Of a stretch of DNA of 64,000 nt, positions 30,596 through 39,433 are shown piece after piece. Position 1 is the stretch's first letter. Every line of letters begins with the position of its first letter. The DNA comes from an uncultured Paraprevotella sp. (GTDB taxonomy: Bacteria; Bacteroidota; Bacteroidia; Bacteroidales; Bacteroidaceae). The notes beneath the pieces are model-generated. The model ran no database searches, had not been told where the DNA came from, and saw nothing but the letters and a program-made list of their open reading frames with translations. The stretch covers positions 156,313-220,312 of the forward strand of contig CAJUGV010000001.1 of NCBI GenBank assembly GCA_910586505.1, read 5' to 3'. Made by a program: the position numbers and the translations under genes.

Positions 30596-31548
30596 TACAA
30601 AAAACGCGCATCCATAAGAATTTGCAGGGGTTTGCAACTAGGAAGCAACAGCAGGCTCTTATAGAATGGCTTAACGGGTAAATGGCAGTGCCTGCGTTCC
30701 TGCACATAGCGCCACAAATCCCAAATGATGATGCGCCGCTCGTCTTTCTCCTTGCACACCCTTACCGCATGCAACAAGAAACGAACCACTTGTCCGCTAA
30801 TATAATCCCGCAAAACCTCATCGGAAAACCGACTTTCCATGTCTTTAAAGCAGCGCACCAGCAAGCGAAGATCGTTCACCTTACTCTTCAAAGCCGTCAA
30901 TCCGAAAGGATGTTTCCTGTAATGATAGAGAAGATCGGGCAGGGTAGCCATGCTTTTACAATGCATGGCATAGTGCAATGTAAATATCTCATCTTCGCGA
31001 ATCGATAAGCCCTCCACAAAACGCAACCCGTACTCCCTGATGATGGAAACCTTGAACACCTTGTTCCATGTAAACCCTATATAGTCGGGGCACTGCTTGT
31101 TGTTGGCCAACAAAACAAGGCCACGCTGCAATCCCATAGGCGAAAAATAACTGAAAGCCCCCGGTGAGCGGTACTTTTCGTGGTTGTCGTAATGGAAAAC
31201 ACTACCGTAATAGGTGAGGTCGTGCAATTTGTCACCCTCCATCAGTATGGAGAAACTGTGCTCGCTGAACCAGTCGTCGGCATCGGCAAAAATAAGGTAA
31301 CGCCCCTTTATCCTGTCTATACCGTAATTACGGGCGGAACTTACCCCACCGTTGGGTTTGTGAAATACCCTGACTCGTGCATCGTTTGCGGCAAACTCAT
31401 CACAAATCCCGGCCGAACCGTCTGTGCTGCCGTCGTCTACAAGCAACACCTCAAAGTCGGTATAGTCTTGCGACAAAATGCTTCCCACACATTTACGTAA
31501 GTAAGTGTGCACGTTGTATACCGGTACGACAATAGACAATTCAGGCAT
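30559..31548 (-). CDS. Glycosyltransferase family 2
   Basis: LSIVVPVYN, VDDGSTDGS, NGGVSSARN, FADADD and ED motifs. Confidence 0.9.
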   Translation of the reverse strand: MPELSIVVPVYNVHTYLRKCVGSILSQDYTDFEVLLVDDGSTDGSAGICDEFAANDARVRVFHKPNGGVSSARNYGIDRIKGRYLIFADADDWFSEHSFSILMEGDKLHDLTYYGSVFHYDNHEKYRSPGAFSYFSPMGLQRGLVLLANNKQCPDYIGFTWNKVFKVSIIREYGLRFVEGLSIREDEIFTLHYAMHCKSMATLPDLLYHYRKHPFGLTALKSKVNDLRLLVRCFKDMESRFSDEVLRDYISGQVVRFLLHAVRVCKEKDERRIIIWDLWRYVQERRHCHLPVKPFYKSLLLLPSCKPLQILMDARFLYYRLKKGKTAFI

Positions 31549-31702
31549 GATACCTCCTTATTTTATTCACCACTATGACTTCAAACCTATCGTTGACAAA
31601 CTTATCGGTCGCAGAATCCAAACAGGCAGACAGATATTTCTCCATATCATAGGTTAGTATTGTTATGGAAAATCCTTTCTTATCTTTTTCGTTTTGCATC
31701 AT
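31541..31702 (-). pseudogene. Truncated GT2 N-terminal fragment (53 aa) overlapping the start of the downstream GT2
   Basis: MMQNEKDKKGFSITILTYDMEKYLSACLDSATDKFVNDRFEVIVVNKIRRYHA*; GT2 similarity stops just before the DGS motif. Confidence 0.7.
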
Positions 31703-31745
31703 ACGCATTTCCTCAAAGCCTTGCTCCCTTCACCAATCTCCGTCA

Positions 31746-31927
31746 CTCTCTTACAAGGAGAGTGACCGATTAATGGCAAAATTACATAATTAATTGATAT
31801 TTATAAAGAAAAAGACAAAGAAAAAGTTTGCAAGAAGCCATCCTTGTAAGGTCTTTATGACAATTCGCCGTTGTACCTGTTTGACTATCAGAAGCGATAC
31901 TTGCCAATCGCTCTCCTTGTAAGAGAG
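31746..31927. repeat. Perfect 17-bp inverted repeats (31746-31762 and 31911-31927) enclosing a 148-bp promoter-bearing spacer
   Basis: CTCTCTTACAAGGAGAG versus CTCTCCTTGTAAGAGAG, exact reverse complements. Confidence 0.9.
31774..31831 (-). promoter_or_regulatory. Promoter cassette copy 2, pointing left toward the GT2
   Basis: Contains TAATTTTG (31777-31784, minus); 56/58 identical to 37329..37386. Confidence 0.82.
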
Positions 31928-31996
31928 CAACCGTTATATGAAGTTTTAAGATAAGGAAACTTGATTATAATGTAGACTAAAACAGTCCGACAGATT

Positions 31997-34594
31997 ATGA
32001 TAAAAGACAAAAATAAAAGGGTAGCCATATTTGCTTCTTACAACAAGGATAATAAGATTGCCGACCACGTAGTATATTATCTAAAAGCGTTGCGCAAGGT
32101 GGTGGGAGACATTATTTTCGTCTCCGACAATGAAATGGAGAAAGGCGAAACGGAGAAATTGTCCGGCATCGTATCCAAAGCCATTTGCCACCGGCACGGA
32201 ACGTACGATTTCGGTTCGTACCACATCGGATATTCCTGGGCACTCGAACATAACCTGCTGGATGAGGCGGAAGAAATGGTTTTTGTCAATGATTCATGCT
32301 ACGGTCCCGTCTTCCCTTTCGAGAATGTGTTCGACAAGATGAACGACAAGCCGTGCGACTTCTGGGGGCTGACAGATTCCTATGAGACAGCGCACCATTT
32401 GCTGTCGTTCTTTTTTGTTTTCAGGCGGAACGTTTTCACCTCAATGCCTTTCCATAATTTTGTATCGGGATTTGTCCGGCAAATATCCAGAGAATATTAT
32501 GTAGACCTCTACGAAAAGAAGTTTACGGAGTTTCTCGAAAACAACGGCTTCAAATCGGCCGTGTATATCGACATCGACGAGGATACACGTGGCGCGCTTG
32601 CCCTGAAGGGCGGAAACGGCAATCTGACGTTATTCCCCGTCACTCTTCACGACAAGGGCATGCCGCTGGTCAAGGTAAAGGTCTTGGACGGCTCTTTCGG
32701 AGTGGACATGAACGAATCGCCCTGCCTGCTGTTGCGGAAAATCAAAGAAGCCAATCCGGAGCTGCACTCTATCATAGAGAAAGAACTCTTTGAGAGTGGA
32801 ATAAAACAAGAAGACCGTTGGCTGACGCCGGAAGAGATTGTGGGAGACGCCAAGGTGGTTTCCTTCGATATTTTCGACACCCTCCTGTCGCGCCCCTATA
32901 TCAAACCTACCGATCTGTTCCTGCACATGGAAGAGACTCTGGGAGCAGCCGGATTCAGAGACAGCCGCGTAGAGGCTGAAAGAAGGGCGCGCCGGCGACA
33001 CAGAGAGCAGGCCGACGTCACCCTGGACCAGATTTACGGGGAGCTGGATACAAGATACGCCCATCTGAAACAGGAAGAGCTACGTTACGAAAGCGAACTT
33101 CTGTATCCTAAAACCGACGCCCGTGAGATATACGAAGAGGCGGTAAAACAGGGAAAAACCATCATCGCCGTGTCCGACATGTACCTCCCGCAGCATTTCC
33201 TTGAGAAGGTGTTGAGGGAAAAAGGCTACACCGCAGTGTCGCGTGTCTTTGTCTCGAACGAAGAAGGTTGCTGCAAGAGCGACGGACGCCTGTTCCTGAA
33301 AGTGCTGAAGGAAATGCGTATAGAACCGTCCGACATGGTACACATCGGCGACAACCCTGAGGCCGACAAGGAGGCACCCAAACGGTTGGGGATAAGGGCA
33401 TGCCACCGCCCCACTGAGGTGCAGAGCATGTTCATCCGCCCGGCCATGGTCAAATACAAGGCCTTTGCAGAGGAGACCCCATGCCTGGCCTCTTCCGTCC
33501 TGACGGGGCTGTATGCCCGCCATCAAGCGCAAGGCGGACTGTCCAGTTCGTTTGCCGAACTGGGGTATCATATAGGAGGCCCGCTGGCAGTGGGATATTG
33601 CCAGCATATCCGCAAGGTGGCCAAGGCACGGGGCAACGACGCAATCCTGTTCGTGTCGAGAGACGGCTATGCCCTGCACCAGGTATACCGGAAAATGTAC
33701 CCCGACGACATCCCGTCTTACTATATCTATGCCTCGCGTAAGCTCATCCTGCGCAATTCCATCGACCACAAGGACGAGAAATATTTCAGGAACGTATGCG
33801 AGATATACTCCAACGAATGCCTGCAGGATACGGTGGTGACCCCTGACAATTTCGAACAGCACAAGGCCGACATGGAGCGGTGGGCGGACGCCAATGCCGA
33901 GTGCTACCGGAAATATGTCAATTCACTTCACATCACGGGACGCAAAATCATATCGGTGGACATGACTACAAAAGCCTATACATCGCTGTATATGCTGCGG
34001 CAGGTGTTCGGCGACCGGATGGATTGCGGCATGTTCTCCATCTCCTATGGCGACTCCTGCGACTACGACGTATGCTCGTATGCCGAAAAAACATGGTGCG
34101 GATACGACATTCCGCTTTTAATCATGCAGGAGGAACTTATCACCGCCCCCGAACGGTCGGCACTGAGCGTAGACCACGAAGGGCACATCCTCTTCTCCGC
34201 GCGGAACCCCATAGAAGACTTCCGGGTAGAGAAATACAAGGAAATACTTAAAGGCATCAACTGCTTTACCGACGAGTATATCCGACATACGGCCGGACAT
34301 AGCCTGAACCTCTCGTATGAAATCTGGAGCAAGCTGTTTAATTCTTATATCATCCGCTCCAACTTCGGCGACCACGAACTGTTGAAGTCCATCTACCACG
34401 ACGATGTAGGGCAAAAGATGTATGAGAACCTTTACAACGTATGTATCCGGAAGGCGCCAAGCAACAATATAGACATGGTAAGGCTATACCAAAAGAACCA
34501 GAAGCACCTGAAGGGCATCCGTAAATTAGCGATAGCACTGAGCGTGGAGACGGCCGTAATTGTCGCGTTATTAGCCCTATGGCTGTTATCCTGA
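31997..34594 (+). CDS. Multidomain glycan biosynthesis protein: RgpF-like N-domain, HAD phosphatase, putative glycan phosphoribosyltransferase domain, C-terminal membrane anchor
   Basis: N-term YDFGSY, VNDSCYGP, DFWGLT and HLLSFF; HAD motifs SFDIFDTL, VSDMY, K and HIGDN..AD; then FVSRDG, YASR and ISVDMTT; hydrophobic C-terminus. Confidence 0.8.
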   Translation: MIKDKNKRVAIFASYNKDNKIADHVVYYLKALRKVVGDIIFVSDNEMEKGETEKLSGIVSKAICHRHGTYDFGSYHIGYSWALEHNLLDEAEEMVFVNDSCYGPVFPFENVFDKMNDKPCDFWGLTDSYETAHHLLSFFFVFRRNVFTSMPFHNFVSGFVRQISREYYVDLYEKKFTEFLENNGFKSAVYIDIDEDTRGALALKGGNGNLTLFPVTLHDKGMPLVKVKVLDGSFGVDMNESPCLLLRKIKEANPELHSIIEKELFESGIKQEDRWLTPEEIVGDAKVVSFDIFDTLLSRPYIKPTDLFLHMEETLGAAGFRDSRVEAERRARRRHREQADVTLDQIYGELDTRYAHLKQEELRYESELLYPKTDAREIYEEAVKQGKTIIAVSDMYLPQHFLEKVLREKGYTAVSRVFVSNEEGCCKSDGRLFLKVLKEMRIEPSDMVHIGDNPEADKEAPKRLGIRACHRPTEVQSMFIRPAMVKYKAFAEETPCLASSVLTGLYARHQAQGGLSSSFAELGYHIGGPLAVGYCQHIRKVAKARGNDAILFVSRDGYALHQVYRKMYPDDIPSYYIYASRKLILRNSIDHKDEKYFRNVCEIYSNECLQDTVVTPDNFEQHKADMERWADANAECYRKYVNSLHITGRKIISVDMTTKAYTSLYMLRQVFGDRMDCGMFSISYGDSCDYDVCSYAEKTWCGYDIPLLIMQEELITAPERSALSVDHEGHILFSARNPIEDFRVEKYKEILKGINCFTDEYIRHTAGHSLNLSYEIWSKLFNSYIIRSNFGDHELLKSIYHDDVGQKMYENLYNVCIRKAPSNNIDMVRLYQKNQKHLKGIRKLAIALSVETAVIVALLALWLLS

Positions 34595-34719
34595 CAAAAT
34601 GTCGGTTTGAGAACGATGTGGCGAATGCCGAAAAACTCCGACCGGCGTGATTCATTGTCAGGATTATTACAAAAATTAAGATTAATCGGTATGTCTTAAC
34701 GCAAAAAGACCCTTTTTTC

Positions 34720-34770
34720 ATAATTCCTTGCTCACGAAAATTTATTTTCATGGGCAAGGAATTATTTTTT
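34720..34770 (+). terminator. Probable terminator after the RgpF-HAD gene
   Basis: ATAATTCCTTGCTCACGAAAA / TTTTCATGGGCAAGGAATTAT followed by a T-run. Confidence 0.7.
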
Positions 34771-35273
34771 AGTCCGCATGCCGGGGCGCAGATGGCCGGA
34801 AAAGAGAGAGGCGAAGAGAGAAAAATGCCGTTTTCCCTATGGCTGGCAACCGCTTTTTGTGCCGGACGGCAGACGGATGCGCTCCTGAACGAAAAAGCAA
34901 AATGTCGCCACTTCCGCATTTTTCCTACCCATCCTGCCGCACAATGCAGTCGTACGCACCCTAACCGTGCCAGAAAGCTACCGTTCCGGCCTGTAGACTT
35001 TCAATCTGCCGGAACGGGGCGCTGCGAGATTGCGTTATTTGCCGCCACCCCGTCCGTAGAGCGGAAATAGGCGATTCTCGCCCCACGGATTTGACATTCT
35101 GACATTTTGTCGGTCCGGCAGGTGCACAGTCTGTCTGCCGCCCATAACAGCAAGCCGTCCGGAACAGTGACAGTCAGACCGATACGAACAAAATGCGATA
35201 AAAACAATCGCTACGGTTGGTCACTTAAAGGAAAATGTCTACTTTTGCAATATTCTATCCATTTGAAATTTTT

Positions 35274-37109
35274 ATGATTAAGGAATTCTTCTCTTTACTT
35301 AAGCGTTATATCAGGCCCTACCGCAAATATCTGACTTGGGCTATTCTGCTGAATTTTCTTTCACAGTGGCTGAACGTATTCTCCTTTATGGCACTGGTGC
35401 CCATTCTGAACATCCTGTTCAAGATAGACACTACCAAATACGAATACATGCCTATGGATTGGCATCACCTTAATAAGGACGTGCTCATTAACAATGGATA
35501 CTATTATATCAATTATATTGTAGACCAGAACGGTGCGTTCATCACCCTGATCATGATGGGCGTTATTCTTATCTTTATGACGTTGTTGAAAACAGCGGGT
35601 TACTTTGCCTCGGCGGCTGTAATGGTGCCGTTGCGTACCGGTATCGTGCGGGACATCCGCATCCAGGTCTACGACAAGGTACTGAAACTTCCTTTGAGTT
35701 TCTTTTCGGAAGAACGGAAGGGAGACATCATTGCGCGTATGAGTGCGGATGTCTCGGTGGTGGAAAGTTCGCTGACAAGCTCCATCGACATGCTGATCCG
35801 CAATCCCATCGCATTGGTTGTCTGTTTCATTACATTGTTTACGGTCAGCTGGCAGATGACATTGTTTGTACTGGTTATCCTGCCTTTTGCCGGTTGGATA
35901 ATGGGAGTGGTGAGCCGCAAACTGAAGAGCCAGTCGGTAGAGGCGCAAGGCCAGTGGGGCGACATCATGTCGCAGCTCGACGAGACGCTAGGCGGCCTGC
36001 GTATTATCAAAGCCTTTATCGCAGAGCGCAAGATGTCGGAGCGCTTTGCCAAAATAAACAACGGGTTCCGTGATGCCATGAACGCCATGGTGATCCGTCA
36101 GAGTTCGGCCCACCCGATGAGCGAGTTCTTAGGCACCTGCGTGATTGTGATTGTACTTTGGTTCGGCGGCGCGCTTATCCTGAACCAATATTCTCCGATA
36201 GACGCAGCCATGTTTATTTTCTATTTGGTGATCCTCTATAGTATTATCAATCCGCTGAAAGAATTTTCCAAAGCCTTTTACAACATTCCTTTGGGGCTGG
36301 CCAGCATGGAACGTATTGATATGATATTGAAAGCCGAAAACCATATCAAAGAACCGGCGTCTCCGCTGCCGCTCCCTTCATTTGAAGACCATCTGGAGTT
36401 CCGTGACGTATCTTTTTCTTATATTGAAGGCAGGCCGGTACTGAAACATGTTAATCTCAGGGTGGAGAAAGGAAAAACCGTGGCATTGGTAGGGCAGTCC
36501 GGCTCGGGAAAGTCTACGATGGTCGATCTGGTGCCCCGCTACCACGACGTGAGCGAAGGCGCTTTGCTGATAGACGGCAAGAACGTGAAAGACGTCGCCA
36601 TCTCGTCTTTGCGTGCGTTAATAGGAAACGTGAACCAGGAAGCCATACTTTTTAACGATACGTTCTACAACAACATCACCTTCGGCGTAGAGAATGCTAC
36701 GATGGACGAAGTCATAGAGGCGGCGAAGATAGCCAACGCCCACGACTTCATCATGGAATCGGAGAACGGTTACGACACGATGATAGGCGACCGTGGCGGT
36801 CGTCTGTCCGGCGGGCAGCGCCAGCGTGTGAGCATCGCACGGGCCATCCTGAAAAATCCGCCCATACTGATTCTCGATGAGGCTACCTCGGCACTGGATA
36901 CGGAATCGGAACGCCTCGTGCAGGAAGCACTGGAGCGCCTGATGAAATCGCGCACCACGATCGCCATTGCCCACCGTCTCAGTACCATCAAGAATGCCGA
37001 CGAGATATGCGTGCTCTACGAAGGGGAGATCGTAGAACGGGGTACGCATGAAGAACTGTTGGCCATGAACGGATATTACAAGAAGCTGAACGACATGCAG
37101 ACTTTGTAG
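35274..37109 (+). CDS. ABC exporter, MsbA-like (fused TMD and NBD)
   Basis: GQSGSGKS, LSGGQRQR and ILDEATSALD motifs; start trimmed to ATG 35274, after TACTTTTG at 35240-35247. Confidence 0.9.
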   Translation: MIKEFFSLLKRYIRPYRKYLTWAILLNFLSQWLNVFSFMALVPILNILFKIDTTKYEYMPMDWHHLNKDVLINNGYYYINYIVDQNGAFITLIMMGVILIFMTLLKTAGYFASAAVMVPLRTGIVRDIRIQVYDKVLKLPLSFFSEERKGDIIARMSADVSVVESSLTSSIDMLIRNPIALVVCFITLFTVSWQMTLFVLVILPFAGWIMGVVSRKLKSQSVEAQGQWGDIMSQLDETLGGLRIIKAFIAERKMSERFAKINNGFRDAMNAMVIRQSSAHPMSEFLGTCVIVIVLWFGGALILNQYSPIDAAMFIFYLVILYSIINPLKEFSKAFYNIPLGLASMERIDMILKAENHIKEPASPLPLPSFEDHLEFRDVSFSYIEGRPVLKHVNLRVEKGKTVALVGQSGSGKSTMVDLVPRYHDVSEGALLIDGKNVKDVAISSLRALIGNVNQEAILFNDTFYNNITFGVENATMDEVIEAAKIANAHDFIMESENGYDTMIGDRGGRLSGGQRQRVSIARAILKNPPILILDEATSALDTESERLVQEALERLMKSRTTIAIAHRLSTIKNADEICVLYEGEIVERGTHEELLAMNGYYKKLNDMQTL

Positions 37110-37170
37110 AATAAGGGGTTATCATGCCTGAATTGTCATCGTTGTATACCGGTATACAACGATGACAATT
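37110..37170 (+). repeat. Inverted relic of the 5' end of the GT2 at 31548, containing a perfect 40-bp palindrome (37131-37170)
   Basis: AATAAGGGGTTATCATGCCTGAATTGTC...TACCGGTATACAACG matches the minus strand of 31512..31562; palindrome AATTGTCATCGTTGTATACC|GGTATACAACGATGACAATT. Confidence 0.88.
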
Positions 37171-37328
37171 GTTTATGTAGTTCCGCCCTGCCCGCCCAAG
37201 CTTCGCGCCCCGCAACGGAACAGGGGGCTTTCCTCAGCCTCTCATACACAGTTTTACTATTGATATACAAACAGTTATAACCGAAAGTCGCCACAACAGA
37301 TTCACGGAAACCGTAAAAAACACGTTTC

Positions 37329-37386
37329 GCAAACTTTTTCTTTGTCTTTTTCTTTATAATTATCCATTAATTATGTAATTTTGCCA
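37329..37386 (+). promoter_or_regulatory. Promoter cassette copy 3, driving the GT90-GT8-Caps_synth-GT2 unit
   Basis: Contains TAATTTTG; 56/58 identical to the reverse complement of 31774..31831. Confidence 0.82.
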
Positions 37387-37454
37387 ATATACGGTTCGTT
37401 CCTCCCCACAAGAGACAAAACCGAACCAGACCATATTCAAGCAAAATCTAATAT

Positions 37455-38465
37455 ATGGGAGACAGCATCATTTATAAACTCAACAGCGGAAAGCCCAACA
37501 AGTTTCTCAATTTCCTTTCGGGATTTATCGGAATGTCCATACCGGACTGCCTGTTTCGTCGCCGGCTGCCCCGTGTATTAAAAGAAATAGACAAACGGCC
37601 CGACAGCCACTACATACGGCAACGCGCGGATTACTATATCAAGACCGACCGGCCATTCTGCATCGACAGCAAAGACACGCTGAAAAAGTCGCGAAGTTGG
37701 TTATACTATACCGGAAAACTCGGTGACTATAAACGTAAAATGTTCCACACGGCCTATTACTTAGACCAGCACGATGTGACCCGATGGTTTCCAAAAACTT
37801 TCAGATGGAACTTCTGCCCGGGCGATGTTTACTTCACCCCGGAATCTCCCACCGTAGTAAAAAGCCGCTTATTGGAGGGAGACAACAGCAATTCCGTCAT
37901 ATTGAAGTTAGACAAACTGCGGCATTTCATGTTCGTGCACGATGTCAAACCGTTCCGCGAAAAAGAGAACAAGGCCATCTTCCGCGGCAAGATACGACAG
38001 AGCCGCGTACGCACCAAATTTCTGGAAATGTTCTTCAACCATCCGATGTTCGACTGCGGTGTAGTAGGCAAAAACGAAGGCTGTCCTGAGGAGTGGATGA
38101 CAGAGAAGAAAACCATCCGCGAACACTTGGACTACAAGTTCATCATGGCGCTTGAAGGCAACGACGTGGCCTCGAACCTGAAATGGGTCATGTCGTCCAA
38201 CTCATTGGCCGTCATGACACGCCCCACCTGTGAGACCTGGTTTATGGAAGGCACCCTCCAAGCCGGCTACCATTATGTGGAAGTGAAAGAGGACTTTTCC
38301 GATCTAGAAGAAAAACTGCAATATTACATCGACAATCCCGACAAAGCGGAGGAAATCATCGCACATGCACACGAATACGTAAACCAGTTCCAAGACAAAG
38401 AAAGGGAACAGATGATTTCGTTGATGGTGATGGACAAATATTTCCGGCTTTCGGGACAGAAATAA
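37455..38465 (+). CDS. Glycosyltransferase family 90-like LPS biosynthesis protein
   Basis: KAIFRG, YKFIMALEGNDVASNLKW and HYVEVK.DFSDL.EK motifs. Confidence 0.8.
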   Translation: MGDSIIYKLNSGKPNKFLNFLSGFIGMSIPDCLFRRRLPRVLKEIDKRPDSHYIRQRADYYIKTDRPFCIDSKDTLKKSRSWLYYTGKLGDYKRKMFHTAYYLDQHDVTRWFPKTFRWNFCPGDVYFTPESPTVVKSRLLEGDNSNSVILKLDKLRHFMFVHDVKPFREKENKAIFRGKIRQSRVRTKFLEMFFNHPMFDCGVVGKNEGCPEEWMTEKKTIREHLDYKFIMALEGNDVASNLKWVMSSNSLAVMTRPTCETWFMEGTLQAGYHYVEVKEDFSDLEEKLQYYIDNPDKAEEIIAHAHEYVNQFQDKEREQMISLMVMDKYFRLSGQK

Positions 38466-38481
38466 AAACCGCCCTGACAAG

Positions 38482-39408
38482 ATGATTCACATTGCCTGCA
38501 ATATAGACCACAACTACGTGCGCCACTGTGCCGTCACGCTGGTTTCGTTGTTCGTAAACAACAGGAAAGAAGACATTACCGTACATATTATTGCACGTGA
38601 CTTGTACGATGAGGACAAAAAAGTGCTGGACGAGCTGGCCGGAAAGTACGGCAACACCGTATGCTACTACACCCCGGACGAAAAGATGATGGAAGGATTC
38701 ACCATTCGTGCCACCCATAACCGCCTGTCGTTGGCAGCCTATTACAGGTGTTTCCTGTCTGCCATACTACCCGCGAACGTGGACCGCGTGCTGTATTTAG
38801 ACTGCGACATAGTCATCACAGGCCACATCGCCGGCCTATGGCAAACCCCGATGGACGAGAATACGGCCATAGCCGCGATAGAAGACACCGGATGCAGGGA
38901 AAAACAACGGTACGACATCCTGAAATATCCGGAAAGCGACTCCTACTTCAACTCGGGCGTCATGCTTATCAACCTTGCCTATTGGCGGCAGCATGATATC
39001 GCACAGGCCTGTGTGGACTTTTACCATAAGCATCCCGAACGCATTATCTTCAACGACCAAGACCTGCTTAACTGCGTCTTGCACAACCATAAAAAGTTAG
39101 TGGATCTGCAATGGAACGTACAAGACGGATTTTACCGCAACGTGCCCGCCTTCTCCGACGAATGGCGCAAAACGCATGCCGACATCTTGAAGAACCCGGT
39201 CATACTGCATTATACCAACCGTAAACCTTGGAATTACGACAGCCAGCACCCGCTGCGACACCTCTACTTCAAATACTGGGATCTGACCCCGTGGAAAGGA
39301 CAGCGCCCGTGGTCAAGCCTCACCAACAGGCTCAAACGTTTCTTCCGCCTGCTTCCGTTCCATATCGGGGCAAGAAAGGCTAAATACATTCAATTGGAGT
39401 CGTTATAA
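38482..39408 (+). CDS. Glycosyltransferase family 8
   Basis: RVLYLDCD, YFNSGVMLINL, DQDLLN and ILHYT..KPW motifs. Confidence 0.92.
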   Translation: MIHIACNIDHNYVRHCAVTLVSLFVNNRKEDITVHIIARDLYDEDKKVLDELAGKYGNTVCYYTPDEKMMEGFTIRATHNRLSLAAYYRCFLSAILPANVDRVLYLDCDIVITGHIAGLWQTPMDENTAIAAIEDTGCREKQRYDILKYPESDSYFNSGVMLINLAYWRQHDIAQACVDFYHKHPERIIFNDQDLLNCVLHNHKKLVDLQWNVQDGFYRNVPAFSDEWRKTHADILKNPVILHYTNRKPWNYDSQHPLRHLYFKYWDLTPWKGQRPWSSLTNRLKRFFRLLPFHIGARKAKYIQLESL

Positions 39409-39433
39409 ACCAGTCATAACCGTAAGAAGCACC

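Noticed and set aside
31746..31927. MITE/IS remnant as an explanation of the 17-bp inverted repeats
   Set aside because: No target-site duplication or transposase trace, and the interior is promoter sequence shared with other glycan units; not fully excluded.
34844..34973. TGGCA-containing sigma-54-like promoters
   Set aside because: The -24/-12 spacing or the TTGC element does not fit on either strand.
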